From assembly GCA_964440605.1 (NCBI GenBank), contig CAYTSW010000003.1, positions 5,421-69,420 on the forward strand: a stretch of DNA of 64,000 bases, given 5' to 3'. The position numbers and the translations under genes were made by a program. The notes below the pieces were generated by a model. The model saw nothing but the letters and a program-made list of their open reading frames with translations, was not told where the DNA came from and searched no databases. Source of the stretch: an uncultured Phycisphaeraceae bacterium (GTDB lineage Bacteria > Planctomycetota > Phycisphaerae > Phycisphaerales > UBA1924). Numbering within the stretch: the first letter of the stretch is position 1; the number at the start of each line of letters is the position of its first letter. This document shows, one piece after another, positions 1 to 8,889 of the stretch.

Positions 1-888
1 GAGGTTGTGCGCGCAGGGGCAGCCGTCGGCGTCGTTGCGGGCGAAGTTGCTCACCTCATACCGCGCAAAGCCGCTCGCCGCGAGCGCCTCGACGGTGGCT
101 TCGTACATGTCGGCTTCGAGGTCTTCGTCGGCGGGGTCGAAGTCGCCGCGCTCGAGGCGCTTGGTCATCGCGGTGTTGGGCTCGTACGTCAGGGCGTAGG
201 CCGAGATGTGGCCTGAGCCGAGGTCGATGGCGGCCCGGAGGTCGGCGAGCCATTCGTCCATCGTCTGGCCCGGGATCGCGAAGATGAGGTCGAGGCTCAG
301 GCGGTTGATGTTGGCCTCGCGGGCGATCTGCAACGCCTTGGGGACGCTGGCGGGGTCGTGCCAGCGCTCGAGGGTCTTGAGATGGCGCGGGTTAAAGGTC
401 TGGGCGCCGATGCTCAGGCGGTTGACGCCGCCGGCGGCGAGCGTTTCCATCAACTCGGGTGTCGCGGTCTCGGGGTTGCACTCGACGGTCCACTCGGCGT
501 CCGGGGTGATGGTGAACCGCTGGTGGAGCGCGTCGAGGAGGCGTTGCCAGAGAGGGGTGCGGAGCAGGGTGGGCGTGCCGCCGCCGACGAAGAGTGTGTC
601 GAGGGGCGGGCGAGAGCGGTCAGCGGCTCGGCTGGTGTGCTCGGCGAGGGTGTCGAGTTCGCGGATGAGGGTGTTGGTGAAGGCTTCCTGGCGATCCCGG
701 GAGTCGACGAAGCTGTAGAAATCGCAGTAGTGGCACTTGTGAAAGCAGAACGGAATGTGGATGTAGAGCGAACGCGGGGGCGTCTGGAGCGCCTGAAGGG
801 GGGTGAGGGCGGTCGGCGTCGGGCCGGCTGCGGCTTCTGCCGGCGCGGATTGCCCGTTGACCGTGATGTCGGTAGTTTGGGGGGTCAT
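1..888 (-). CDS. hemW: Radical-SAM heme chaperone HemW / HemN-like protein, N-terminal 296 codons (3' end off the window)
   Basis: Minus-strand ORF from ATG 888 running off the left edge. It is the exact mirror of the first 888 nt of the complete copy at 48921..50231, which has the radical-SAM motif CFHKCHYC. Confidence 0.85.
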   Translation of the reverse strand, partial: MTPQTTDITVNGQSAPAEAAAGPTPTALTPLQALQTPPRSLYIHIPFCFHKCHYCDFYSFVDSRDRQEAFTNTLIRELDTLAEHTSRAADRSRPPLDTLFVGGGTPTLLRTPLWQRLLDALHQRFTITPDAEWTVECNPETATPELMETLAAGGVNRLSIGAQTFNPRHLKTLERWHDPASVPKALQIAREANINRLSLDLIFAIPGQTMDEWLADLRAAIDLGSGHISAYALTYEPNTAMTKRLERGDFDPADEDLEADMYEATVEALAASGFARYEVSNFARNDADGCPCAHNL

Positions 889-968
889 GCTCGCCGGGCT
901 CCCTACCTTCCGGAGGCCGTCGCGACCGCCTCTCGCGAGGCAGGAATGAACAGAGGATAGACCCGCCC

Positions 969-1532
969 ATGCCCGATCAGGTCCAGTCCGCGATTCGACT
1001 CATCGTCTTCAAGGCCGATGGCAGCAAGAAGACGCTCGGCTTGAAGGTCGGTCGGTACGTAGTGGGTCGGCACCACAACGCTTCGCTGCGGATCCCGCTG
1101 CCCTCGGTGTCGCGTCAGCACTGCGAGTTGATCTGCGAGCAGAGCACGCTGCGGGTGAAGGATCTGGGCTCGGCGAACGGGACGTACCGCAACAGCCAGC
1201 GGATTGAAGACGAGGCCGAGCTGCAAGCGGGCGACACGCTGGCGGTGGGGCCGGTGCAGATCGTCGTGCAGATCAACGGCGAGCCGGCGCAGGTGGATGC
1301 GCCGGCGGGCGGTGGGGGCGACGTCGACATGGAGGCGACGCCTCCCGCGGGCTCGCCGACGGTCGCGGATTCGAGCGACGACGACTCGGGGGCTTCGCAC
1401 GCGGACACCGACCTGGACGAGACGATCGCGCGCGAGACGGGCATGGGCAGCCTGCTCAAAGGCAACGCGGAAGACAGCAGCGTCTTCGATTTCGACTTCG
1501 ACTTCGAGGATGACGAGAACCCGAAACTGTGA
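969..1532 (+). CDS. FHA-domain protein with acidic C-terminal tail
   Basis: 187 aa. FHA-like core VGRHHNASLRIPLPSVSRQHCEL...VKDLGSANGTYRN...LQAGD. Divergent from hemW across an 80-bp spacer. Confidence 0.8.
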   Translation: MPDQVQSAIRLIVFKADGSKKTLGLKVGRYVVGRHHNASLRIPLPSVSRQHCELICEQSTLRVKDLGSANGTYRNSQRIEDEAELQAGDTLAVGPVQIVVQINGEPAQVDAPAGGGGDVDMEATPPAGSPTVADSSDDDSGASHADTDLDETIARETGMGSLLKGNAEDSSVFDFDFDFEDDENPKL

Positions 1533-1552
1533 ATGCGTGGCGCTCGCGCCGG

Positions 1553-1729
1553 TCAGGCGGCGTCGGGCTTGGCGGGTTGGGCCTTGGGCGCCGCCTTTTG
1601 CGGGACCATGATCTTGCTCCCGCAGTTGCGACAGCGGATAAGCCGCCCACGCGCCTCGACGGGGACCGCAAGGACGGCGCGGCACTTGAGGTTGGGACAC
1701 ATCATCCTGACGGCGTTCGCCTGATCCAT
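1553..1729 (-). CDS. Small zinc-ribbon protein (58 aa)
   Basis: ATG at 1727..1729 gives MDQANAVRMMCPNLKCRAVLAVPVEARGRLIRCRNCGSKIMVP... with two CxxC pairs. Confidence is moderate because the ORF is short. Confidence 0.45.
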   Translation of the reverse strand: MDQANAVRMMCPNLKCRAVLAVPVEARGRLIRCRNCGSKIMVPQKAAPKAQPAKPDAA

Positions 1730-1910
1730 GGCGGCTCCCGAGCGGGGTGGTGTGCGGAGCGGACAGCCTGACCGGACCGGGCTCCCGCCGCTATGCTCGC
1801 GTTGCATGTGGGTCATCGGAGCGCGAGGCCGCGTGCTTCACGCCGAGTCGCGGGCGCGTTGGTGGCCCGGCCGCACAATCCACCGCTCCACGGGCGTTTG
1901 CGTACCGCTT

Positions 1911-3335
1911 ATGTCAGACCTTCCCGCCGACCATGGATCATCCGAGCCCCGCCCGAGCGACCATCTGGCACGCCCGGCGCCCCGATTGACGGCCGCGATC
2001 ACAGGGCGCGGCGTCGCGGTGGTGGGTCTTCAGTGGGGCGACGAGGGTAAAGGCAAGGTGATCGACGCCATCGCCCCGCGCTTTCAGGCGGTGGTCCGAT
2101 ACAACGGCGGGGCCAACGCCGGGCACTCGATCGTCTTCGGGGGCAAGCGTCACTCGGTGCACCTGATCCCCTCGGGCGTCTTCAACAAGGGCTCGCGCCC
2201 GGTGATCGCCAACGGCGTGGTGATCGACCCGTTCACGCTCGTGCGCGAGATCGACGCGCTGGCGGGCGCGGGGGCGGACCTGACGCGCCTGTCGATCTCC
2301 GATCGCGCGCATCTGGTGATGCCCTACCACCAGGCGGAAGACGCCTCGCGCGAGGTGATGCTCGATGACCCGGCCAAGCAGGGGCCGAGCAAGCCCACGT
2401 CGGGCGCGATCGGGACGACGCGGCGCGGCATCGGGCCGGCGTACGCCGAGAAGGCGGCGCGATCGACGGCGATCCGCGCGGGCGACCTGCTCAGGACCGA
2501 GCTCCTGCGCGAGCGGCTGGAACTCGTGTGCGCGTTCAAGGCGGGCGGGAACACCATCGTCAACGCCCCGCCCGAAGCGCTGAACGCCGCGGAGCTCGCG
2601 CAGCGTCTCGGTGAGGTGGCGGGTCGACTCGGGCCTCAGCTCGACGACACGACGTACCTCCTGCACGACATGCTCCGGCGCGGCGAGCACGTGCTCTTCG
2701 AGGGGGCCAACGCGACGCTGCTGGACGTCGATCATGGCACGTTCCCCTTCGTGACCTCGTCGTCGACGACGGCGCTGGGCATCCCCGCGGGCACGGGCGT
2801 GCCGGGGTCGGCGATCAACGCGGTGATCGGCGTGGTCAAGGCGTACGGGACACGCGTGGGCGCCGGTCCCTTCCCGACGGAGCTGCACGACGACACCGGC
2901 GCGCGGATCCGCGAGCGGGGCAACGAGTTCGGCACGACCACCGGCCGCCCGCGACGCTGCGGCTGGCTCGACCTCGTCGCGGTGCGCTACGCCGCCATGG
3001 TCAACGGCGTCCACGCGCTGGCGATCATGCTGCTCGACGTGCTCGCGGGGTTTGACGAGCTCAAGGTGTGCACGGCCTACGAGCTGGGCGGCGTACGCAC
3101 CGACCGCTTCCCGCCCGACGCCGCGGATCTGTCCCGGGCCAAGCCGGTCTACGAGACGCTCGAAGGGTTCGCCGAAGAAGTCAGCGGTGCGCGCACGATG
3201 GACGACCTGCCGACGCCCGCGCGGGGGTATCTGGAGTTCATCGAGGCGTACGTCGGCGTGCCGATCCGGCTGGTGTCGGTGGGCGCCGATCGCGAGCAGA
3301 CGGTGGACGGGCTCGGGGAGCTGTTGCCGGGGTAA
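1911..3335 (+). CDS. purA: Adenylosuccinate synthetase
   Basis: P-loop QWGDEGKGKVID plus GIGPAY and TTGRPRRCGWLD motifs. I chose ATG 1911 (MSDLPADH...) over the ORF-track start at 1728, which adds an Arg-rich leader. Confidence 0.95.
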   Translation: MSDLPADHGSSEPRPSDHLARPAPRLTAAITGRGVAVVGLQWGDEGKGKVIDAIAPRFQAVVRYNGGANAGHSIVFGGKRHSVHLIPSGVFNKGSRPVIANGVVIDPFTLVREIDALAGAGADLTRLSISDRAHLVMPYHQAEDASREVMLDDPAKQGPSKPTSGAIGTTRRGIGPAYAEKAARSTAIRAGDLLRTELLRERLELVCAFKAGGNTIVNAPPEALNAAELAQRLGEVAGRLGPQLDDTTYLLHDMLRRGEHVLFEGANATLLDVDHGTFPFVTSSSTTALGIPAGTGVPGSAINAVIGVVKAYGTRVGAGPFPTELHDDTGARIRERGNEFGTTTGRPRRCGWLDLVAVRYAAMVNGVHALAIMLLDVLAGFDELKVCTAYELGGVRTDRFPPDAADLSRAKPVYETLEGFAEEVSGARTMDDLPTPARGYLEFIEAYVGVPIRLVSVGADREQTVDGLGELLPG

Positions 3336-3348
3336 GGGCGCGATCATC

Positions 3349-3467
3349 GTGCCACGGGTTGCTTGCAACCCGTGCTCCCCCGCGTGGCGCGGAGCGAGTG
3401 GTCCCGGCTGGTCGTAAAGCGGACGCTTGGGCGCGCGGGTTGCCGCTGCGCGGTCAACCCGTGGCAC
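3349..3467. repeat. REP-like pair of stem-loops sharing one stem sequence, between convergent genes
   Basis: Hairpin 1: CACGGGTTGC / GCAACCCGTG (3353..3374). Hairpin 2: CGGGTTG (3437..3443) / CAACCCG (3455..3461). Outer 13-nt inverted repeat: GTGCCACGGGTTG (3349..3361) / CAACCCGTGGCAC (3455..3467). Confidence 0.45.
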
Positions 3468-3479
3468 GTCGCTTTCGGT

Positions 3480-3944
3480 TCAGGGATTGTTGATCGCGGG
3501 TGGTTCGTGCAACTCGAAGACGAGGCGGTCGGTGTCGCCTCGGGTGAGGGTGAGTTTGTTGGCGGTGAGGCGGTAGCCATCGACGCGTTGGAGGGTTTGG
3601 ATGTAGCGGTCTTCGAACTGCCTGAGTTCGGGGGGGCCGGCCATGCGGGTGGTGCCGACGCCGCCGAGGCGGAAGCGGCCTTCGGTGAGGGCGGCGTTCT
3701 CGAGCGACGACGCGTAGCGGTTGACGCCGGCGAAGCCGCTGACGCGTCCGTCGGGGTCGATGGTGAGCGAGACGGGCTCGCGCGGGTCAGCGTTGGTGAT
3801 GGGCTGCCCGTCGATGGAGACGAGCTCCCAGTGGCCGGCGAGGCCGGTCTCCGGGGTGTACTCGGGCGAGCGATGGCGTTGGCAGGCGGTGAGGGTGATG
3901 AGGAGGGCGCAGGCGAGGAAGAGTCGGGCGGCGGCGGTGGTCAA
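3480..3944 (-). CDS. META-domain (HslJ-like) lipoprotein
   Basis: 154 aa. Signal peptide with lipobox LTAC, and a META/HslJ-like body (WELVSIDGQPI..., GFAGVNRY..., LTLTRGD...). The TTG start overlaps the upstream stop (TTGA at 3941..3944). Confidence 0.75.
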   Translation of the reverse strand: MTTAAARLFLACALLITLTACQRHRSPEYTPETGLAGHWELVSIDGQPITNADPREPVSLTIDPDGRVSGFAGVNRYASSLENAALTEGRFRLGGVGTTRMAGPPELRQFEDRYIQTLQRVDGYRLTANKLTLTRGDTDRLVFELHEPPAINNP

Positions 3945-6103
3945 CGGATGGCTCCCAGCTTGGCGAGGTCGTCCTTGGCGCGCTGCAGTCGCGTGGAGAC
4001 GTGCTTGTGCGCGCCGGGGTGCTTGTCGGGCTTGAAGACTTCCAGCGCGCTCTCGTAGTAGGCGACGGCTTCGGTCAGGTGGTCCTCACGGTCGCCGGGC
4101 AGCTTGCTCCAGGCCAGGCCGAGGTTGGCCTGGGTGCGGGCCCAGTCGACGGGCATCTGCTCGCGGGTGCGCACGGTCAGGGCGGCTTCGAAGGCCTCGA
4201 TGGCTTCGCGGACGTTCGTGCCGCGACCGGTGATGGGCAGGTGAAGGAGCGCCGAGCCGAGGTTGTTCTGCGTCGCGGCCCACTCGGCAGGGTGAGAGCC
4301 TCGGGTCCGCACCTGGAGGGCCGATCGGTAGCAGGCGATGGCCCGGCGCATGTTCCTTTCCCGCCCGTCGTCCTCGGCGGGGAGCAGGGCCCAGGCGTTG
4401 CCCAAGTTGCTCTGCGTGGCGCCCCACTCGCCCCGGCGATCGAGCTCGGACCAAACTTCGAGGGCGGACTGGTGACACGCGATGCCGCGCTCGACGTTCT
4501 GCTTGTGGTCGCCTCCCGGGAACTGGATCCACGCGTTGCCCAGGTTGTTCTGGAGCCGGGCCCAGTGGACGGCGTGGGCGTCGCGGGTGCGGATTTCGAG
4601 GGCGGCGGTGAAGCAGCGGATGGCCTGCTCGAGGGTGCGCATGCGGTCGGCTGTTGGCAGGCGTTCCCACGCGTGGCCCATCATGTTCTGCACGTTGGCC
4701 CAGCGTTCGGGGTGCTTGTCGCGTGTCCAGACGCGGGCGGTCTCGCGCAGGGACGCGATAGCGCGTTCGACGTTGGTGAAGCGGTCGCCCGTGGGCATCT
4801 CGATCCACGCCTGGGCGAGGTGGAGGCGCGACTCGGCCCACCAGTCGGCCTGCTGCGCCTGGTCGAAGATGTTGCCGGCCTGCTCGAAGCAGCGCACGGC
4901 TTCGTGCATGGCGTGGCTGCGGTCGGAGCCCCCGGTGAGCATCCACGACATGCCCAGCACGACGAGCGCCTTGCCGCGATCGGCGGAGCCGGCGGGTTGC
5001 TCGGAGACGGTGGTGTTGAGCAGGTCGAAGGCCTCGCGGAGGTTGTCGTCGCGGACGCCGCGCTCGCGGCGGAGGAGGGTCATGGCGACGTTCTGGCGCG
5101 TGCGTGGGTCGTCGCGGGTGGCGCGGGCGGTGCGGTAGTGGATCAGCGCCTCTTCGAAGCGGTGCTCGAAGTAGAAGCGGTCGCCCGTGATGGTCTCGCG
5201 TTCGAGCTTGTCGAGCTCGCGCAGGCAGGGCATGAGGCCTTCGGCGCGGACGAAGTCGCGTAAGGCAATGGCGGCGACGAGCCGGTCGAAGGGCGTTTCG
5301 CTCGTGCGCAGGCGCTTGGCGGCTGTGAGGACGTCTTCGGTGATGGCGGCGAGCATCGCGTCGCCCGGGCGCTTGTCGGCCAGCGCGCGGCGGACGAGGC
5401 CGAGATCGCCGGAGGCCGGGGCCTCGGCGCCCGGGGGCGCCATCACGGCCGCGTCGGACGCGGCGCGGGCGGGCTCGTCGCCCGCGGGCGGATCCTTCGC
5501 GGGAGCGCGCGTCTCGGAGCCGGCGGGCGGCTTCGGCGCGTCGGTCGTGGTCGATTGTCCACGGGCCCGCGTCGCGTCGGCGAAGGCGTCGGAAGCGGCG
5601 TCCTTGAGCAGCGGGACTTCGTCTTCGCCGTCGGCGCCGGAGAGCGGGCCGTCGAGCCACGCTTCGTAGTCGGCGAGTTGCTGGAGCAGGCCGTCGCCTC
5701 GTTCGGTGGCCCAGCGGACGAGATGGATGCGGAGCCACTGGTGTCGGCTGAGGGTGCCGTCGATGGCCATGGCCGAGACGGACATTGCCTGGCTCCAGGC
5801 GTGGGCCTTCTCGGTGGAAATCAGCGCGTGTCGGCGTCGTCCGGCGGCGAGGGCCTCGAGGGTGCGCCGCATGGTGCCGTAGCGCAGCACGAGCCGGGCG
5901 AGGAAGTTGCCCACGCGTTCGACGGTCTGGCGATCGGCGTGGCTCGCGACCGCGACCGTTTCAGCCACCAGCCCGACGAGCTCGGGCAGGATGGCCAGTC
6001 CGCCGGCGGGAACATCGGTCCTGCCCAAAGCGGTGCGGACCGCCCCGGAGCTGATGCTCCCCGTCGTCGCCACGAGGCGGGCGATCTGACGCGCTGATGC
6101 CAT
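3941..6103 (-). CDS. TPR-repeat protein (720 aa)
   Basis: The C-terminal two-thirds holds about 8 tandem ~42-aa units (W..TQNNLGNAW..LP.GDR..N...AI..Y..AL.V.TR...P..WA). Translationally coupled to the downstream META gene. Confidence 0.8.
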   Translation of the reverse strand: MASARQIARLVATTGSISSGAVRTALGRTDVPAGGLAILPELVGLVAETVAVASHADRQTVERVGNFLARLVLRYGTMRRTLEALAAGRRRHALISTEKAHAWSQAMSVSAMAIDGTLSRHQWLRIHLVRWATERGDGLLQQLADYEAWLDGPLSGADGEDEVPLLKDAASDAFADATRARGQSTTTDAPKPPAGSETRAPAKDPPAGDEPARAASDAAVMAPPGAEAPASGDLGLVRRALADKRPGDAMLAAITEDVLTAAKRLRTSETPFDRLVAAIALRDFVRAEGLMPCLRELDKLERETITGDRFYFEHRFEEALIHYRTARATRDDPRTRQNVAMTLLRRERGVRDDNLREAFDLLNTTVSEQPAGSADRGKALVVLGMSWMLTGGSDRSHAMHEAVRCFEQAGNIFDQAQQADWWAESRLHLAQAWIEMPTGDRFTNVERAIASLRETARVWTRDKHPERWANVQNMMGHAWERLPTADRMRTLEQAIRCFTAALEIRTRDAHAVHWARLQNNLGNAWIQFPGGDHKQNVERGIACHQSALEVWSELDRRGEWGATQSNLGNAWALLPAEDDGRERNMRRAIACYRSALQVRTRGSHPAEWAATQNNLGSALLHLPITGRGTNVREAIEAFEAALTVRTREQMPVDWARTQANLGLAWSKLPGDREDHLTEAVAYYESALEVFKPDKHPGAHKHVSTRLQRAKDDLAKLGAIR

Positions 6104-6174
6104 CGGGCCAGTCTACCGCGCTTCGCGCTCAGGCCCAATGGGCTTGTTGATGAGCCCCGGCGGGCGACGAAACA

Positions 6175-6202
6175 GGTCGGCCCGCCTGCGGGCGGGCCGA
6201 CC
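6175..6202 (-). terminator. Intrinsic-terminator-type hairpin downstream of the PEP-CTERM gene
   Basis: GGTCGGCCCGCC-TGCG-GGCGGGCCGACC, a perfect 12-bp stem, followed on the minus strand by TGTTTCGTC. Confidence 0.55.
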
Positions 6203-6231
6203 CGGGGTGATCCGCTCAGATGAAGATGTCA

Positions 6232-6894
6232 TCAGCGGCGGCGGCGGAGACCAAGCAGGCCCGCACCGGCGAGAACCGCGGCGGCGCCGGGGGCCGGCAC
6301 GCCGTACGACACCGCGTCGATGCCGAAGCTGTCGCCGGCGGTGGCGCGGATGGTGACTTCGGTGAAGGTCGCGGCGTTGATGAGCCCGACGGATTGGAGG
6401 TCGGAGCCGGGGTTGGCGTCATCGAAGATGGTGAGAGAGTCGCCCGCATCGGTGGTGAGGATCGCGCGGGGGCTGAGCGCTTGGTCGAGGCCCAGCAGGT
6501 CGGTCAGGTCGAGGAAGAAGGCGGCGATGGGGCTGTTGAAGGTGAAGGTGACGACGACGTCATTGTTCTGGCCGGAGTTGAACAACGAGCCGACGTTGAT
6601 GTGCTGATCGCCGTCGGTCGCGAAGGTGCCGCCCGGCCCGGTCGCGCCGAGCACGGAGAGGGGCGTGATGAAGGTAAACCCTTCGTTGACCGCGTCGATC
6701 TGAAAGTCGTCGACCGCGACGGTGTCGCGCTGGGCCGAGCTGGGATCGAGTGGGAGGCCTTCGAAGGACTCGAAGCTGAGGGGGATGTTCGCGCCCGCGG
6801 CGGCGGCCTCGAACGCCATGCGATCGTCGAACGTCTGACCCGTGGCGGCGCCGCACACGGCGAGCACACCGATACCGGAGATAATCTTGTACAT
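6232..6894 (-). CDS. PEP-CTERM sorting-domain secreted protein
   Basis: ATG 6894 is preceded by GGAAGGA. N-terminal signal peptide MYKIISGIGVLAVCGAATGQ. The C-terminus VPAPGAAAVLAGAGLLGLRRRR is VPxP + TM + Arg cluster. Confidence 0.8.
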   Translation of the reverse strand: MYKIISGIGVLAVCGAATGQTFDDRMAFEAAAAGANIPLSFESFEGLPLDPSSAQRDTVAVDDFQIDAVNEGFTFITPLSVLGATGPGGTFATDGDQHINVGSLFNSGQNNDVVVTFTFNSPIAAFFLDLTDLLGLDQALSPRAILTTDAGDSLTIFDDANPGSDLQSVGLINAATFTEVTIRATAGDSFGIDAVSYGVPAPGAAAVLAGAGLLGLRRRR

Positions 6895-7306
6895 CTCACA
6901 ATCCTTCCGTTTGTCGTGTCTGACAGGAGTCTCGCCGGCCGTTGTGCACAGGAGGCCGGTACCGAATATACGGTGCCACCAATCGGTTGGATCCGCAAAT
7001 ATGCCTTCCCCAATCGGAATCAAGCGTAATCGTTTTCAATGATGCTGCTCGATAACGCAAGGGTTCGCAACGCGGGGAACGGCGAGGTTGGTGTACGTGG
7101 CGGCGCGGCTATTGGAGCCGCGGCAGTCGTGCGTTGTTCTTTGCGTGGCGGGGTATCGCGATCGGTCCGTGAACTGTGCGTTCATCGGAGAAATCTGCAT
7201 TGGTGCTGAGCAGATACGCGGCTAGTCTGCGCTTGGCCGTTGCCCATCGCTGCGCGGCGACGCTGAACCAAAGACCTACACCCATTTCGGAACGGAGCGC
7301 GGACTG

Positions 7307-8869
7307 ATGGTGACCGAGACGAAGACGACCCCGGCGCGGACGGGCGGGCGGTGTGCTCCCGCGGCGATCGGATGGATGGTCGCGATGGCAGGCGTGCTGA
7401 TCGCGGGCGGCGTGGCTCACGCCGGGTCGTGCGACCCGCAGGACCTCTTCGGTCCCGATGTGCTCTATGACACGGGCAACGGACCCTTCTCCCTAGCGAT
7501 CGGCGACCTGGACGGCGACGGCGATGAGGACCTGGCGGTCGCGAACGCCAACAGCGACAACGTCAGCGTGCTGCTGAACAACGGCGACGGCACCTTCGCG
7601 TCCGACGTGCTCTACGGCGCGGGCGACGCGCCCGTGTCCGTGGTGATCGGCGACCTGAACGGCGATGGCGATGCCGATCTGGCCGTCGCGAACCAGATCA
7701 CCGACAACGTCAGCGTGCTGCTGAACAATGGCGACGGCACCTTCGCGTCCGACGTGCTCTACGGCGCGGGCGACGCGCCGCGGTCCATCGCCATCGGTGA
7801 CCTCGACGGCGATGGCGACGCCGACCTCGCCGTGGCCAACTTCAACAGCAACAACGTCAGCGTGCTGCTCAACAACGGCAACGGCACGTTCGCGTCGGAT
7901 GTGCTCTACGGCGCGGGCAACGCGCCGTCCGCCGTGGCCATCGAAGATCTGGACGGCGACGGCGACGCCGACCTGGTGGTGGCGAATAGCGGCCTGTTCG
8001 GTGGGGGCGACAACGTCAGCGTGCTGCTGAACAACGGGAATGGGACCTTCGCAAGCGACGTGCTCTACGGCGCGGGCAACGGGCCTTTCTCCGTCGCGAT
8101 CGGCGATCTCGATGGCGATGGCGACGCCGACCTCGCCGTTGCGAACAGCCTCGGCGGCAATGTCAGCGTGTTGCTGAACAACGGGAACGGGACCTTTGCC
8201 GTCGACGTGCTCTACGGCGCGAGGTTCGGGGCCATCTCGGTGGCGATCGGAGACCTGGACGACGACGGTGACGCCGACCTGGCGGTGGCGAACTCTGACT
8301 TCGACGACATCAGCGTGTTGCCGAACAACGGCAACGGCACTTTCGCAGCCGATGTGCTCTACGGCGTCGGCACCGACCCCTTCTCTGTAGCGGTCGGCGA
8401 CCTCAACGGCGACGGCCGGGCCGACCTTGCCGCGGCGAACCAAGACAGCGACAACGTCAGCGTGTTGCTGAACCAGTGTCCCATCGCACCCGTCATCACG
8501 GGCCAACCGGAGCGTGTGGTCCTCCTGCCGATTGGCGGCGGAACCACCGAGCTCACCGTCACCGTGTTCGGTAGCCCGCCGCTGACGTACCAGTGGTCGA
8601 AGGACGGTGTGCCGCTGACCGACGGCGGCAGCATCTCGGGCGCGCAGTCGCCAACGCTGAGCGTCAACGCGATGCCGCAGGACGTGGGCGTCTACGAGGT
8701 GCTCGTGACCAACGCGGGCGGCAGCGCGACAAGCGATCCTGCGGTGATCGCCATACGCCCGCCACTGCCTTCGACGTGCTCGGCCGACTTCAACAGCGAC
8801 GGCCAGGTCGACGGCGCCGACTTCGGCGCGTTCGGCGCTCAGTTCGGGCGGACGGACTGTCTCGACTGA
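7307..8869 (+). CDS. Secreted FG-GAP/VCBS seven-repeat (beta-propeller-type) protein with Ig-like domain and dockerin-like C-terminus
   Basis: Seven tandem ~49-aa repeats (DVLYGAG..P.SVAIGDLDGDGDADLAVAN...DNVSVLLNNGNGTFAS) span about nt 7457..8476. They are followed by an Ig-like segment (LTYQWSKDGVPL...VYEVLVTNAGGS) and DFNSDGQVDGADFGAFGAQFG. Confidence 0.85.
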   Translation: MVTETKTTPARTGGRCAPAAIGWMVAMAGVLIAGGVAHAGSCDPQDLFGPDVLYDTGNGPFSLAIGDLDGDGDEDLAVANANSDNVSVLLNNGDGTFASDVLYGAGDAPVSVVIGDLNGDGDADLAVANQITDNVSVLLNNGDGTFASDVLYGAGDAPRSIAIGDLDGDGDADLAVANFNSNNVSVLLNNGNGTFASDVLYGAGNAPSAVAIEDLDGDGDADLVVANSGLFGGGDNVSVLLNNGNGTFASDVLYGAGNGPFSVAIGDLDGDGDADLAVANSLGGNVSVLLNNGNGTFAVDVLYGARFGAISVAIGDLDDDGDADLAVANSDFDDISVLPNNGNGTFAADVLYGVGTDPFSVAVGDLNGDGRADLAAANQDSDNVSVLLNQCPIAPVITGQPERVVLLPIGGGTTELTVTVFGSPPLTYQWSKDGVPLTDGGSISGAQSPTLSVNAMPQDVGVYEVLVTNAGGSATSDPAVIAIRPPLPSTCSADFNSDGQVDGADFGAFGAQFGRTDCLD

Positions 8870-8889
8870 TCGAGGCTGCGCAGCGCAAC

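Noticed and set aside
3459-3476. TGGCAC motifs (3462, 13562 and 63641, plus mirrors) resembling the -24 element of sigma-54 promoters.
   Set aside because: None is followed by TTGC at the required N5 spacing (TTTC, GAGT and GTGG instead). They point at 3' ends of genes or at regions without a downstream gene on that strand. They are better explained as halves of the GTGCCAC/GTGGCAC inverted repeats.
7457-8476. Regularly spaced DNA repeats (the FG-GAP gene, and also 63163..63585) as a possible CRISPR array.
   Set aside because: The repeats are in frame, inside ORFs with clear protein repeat structure. There are no unique spacers of constant size and no cas genes.
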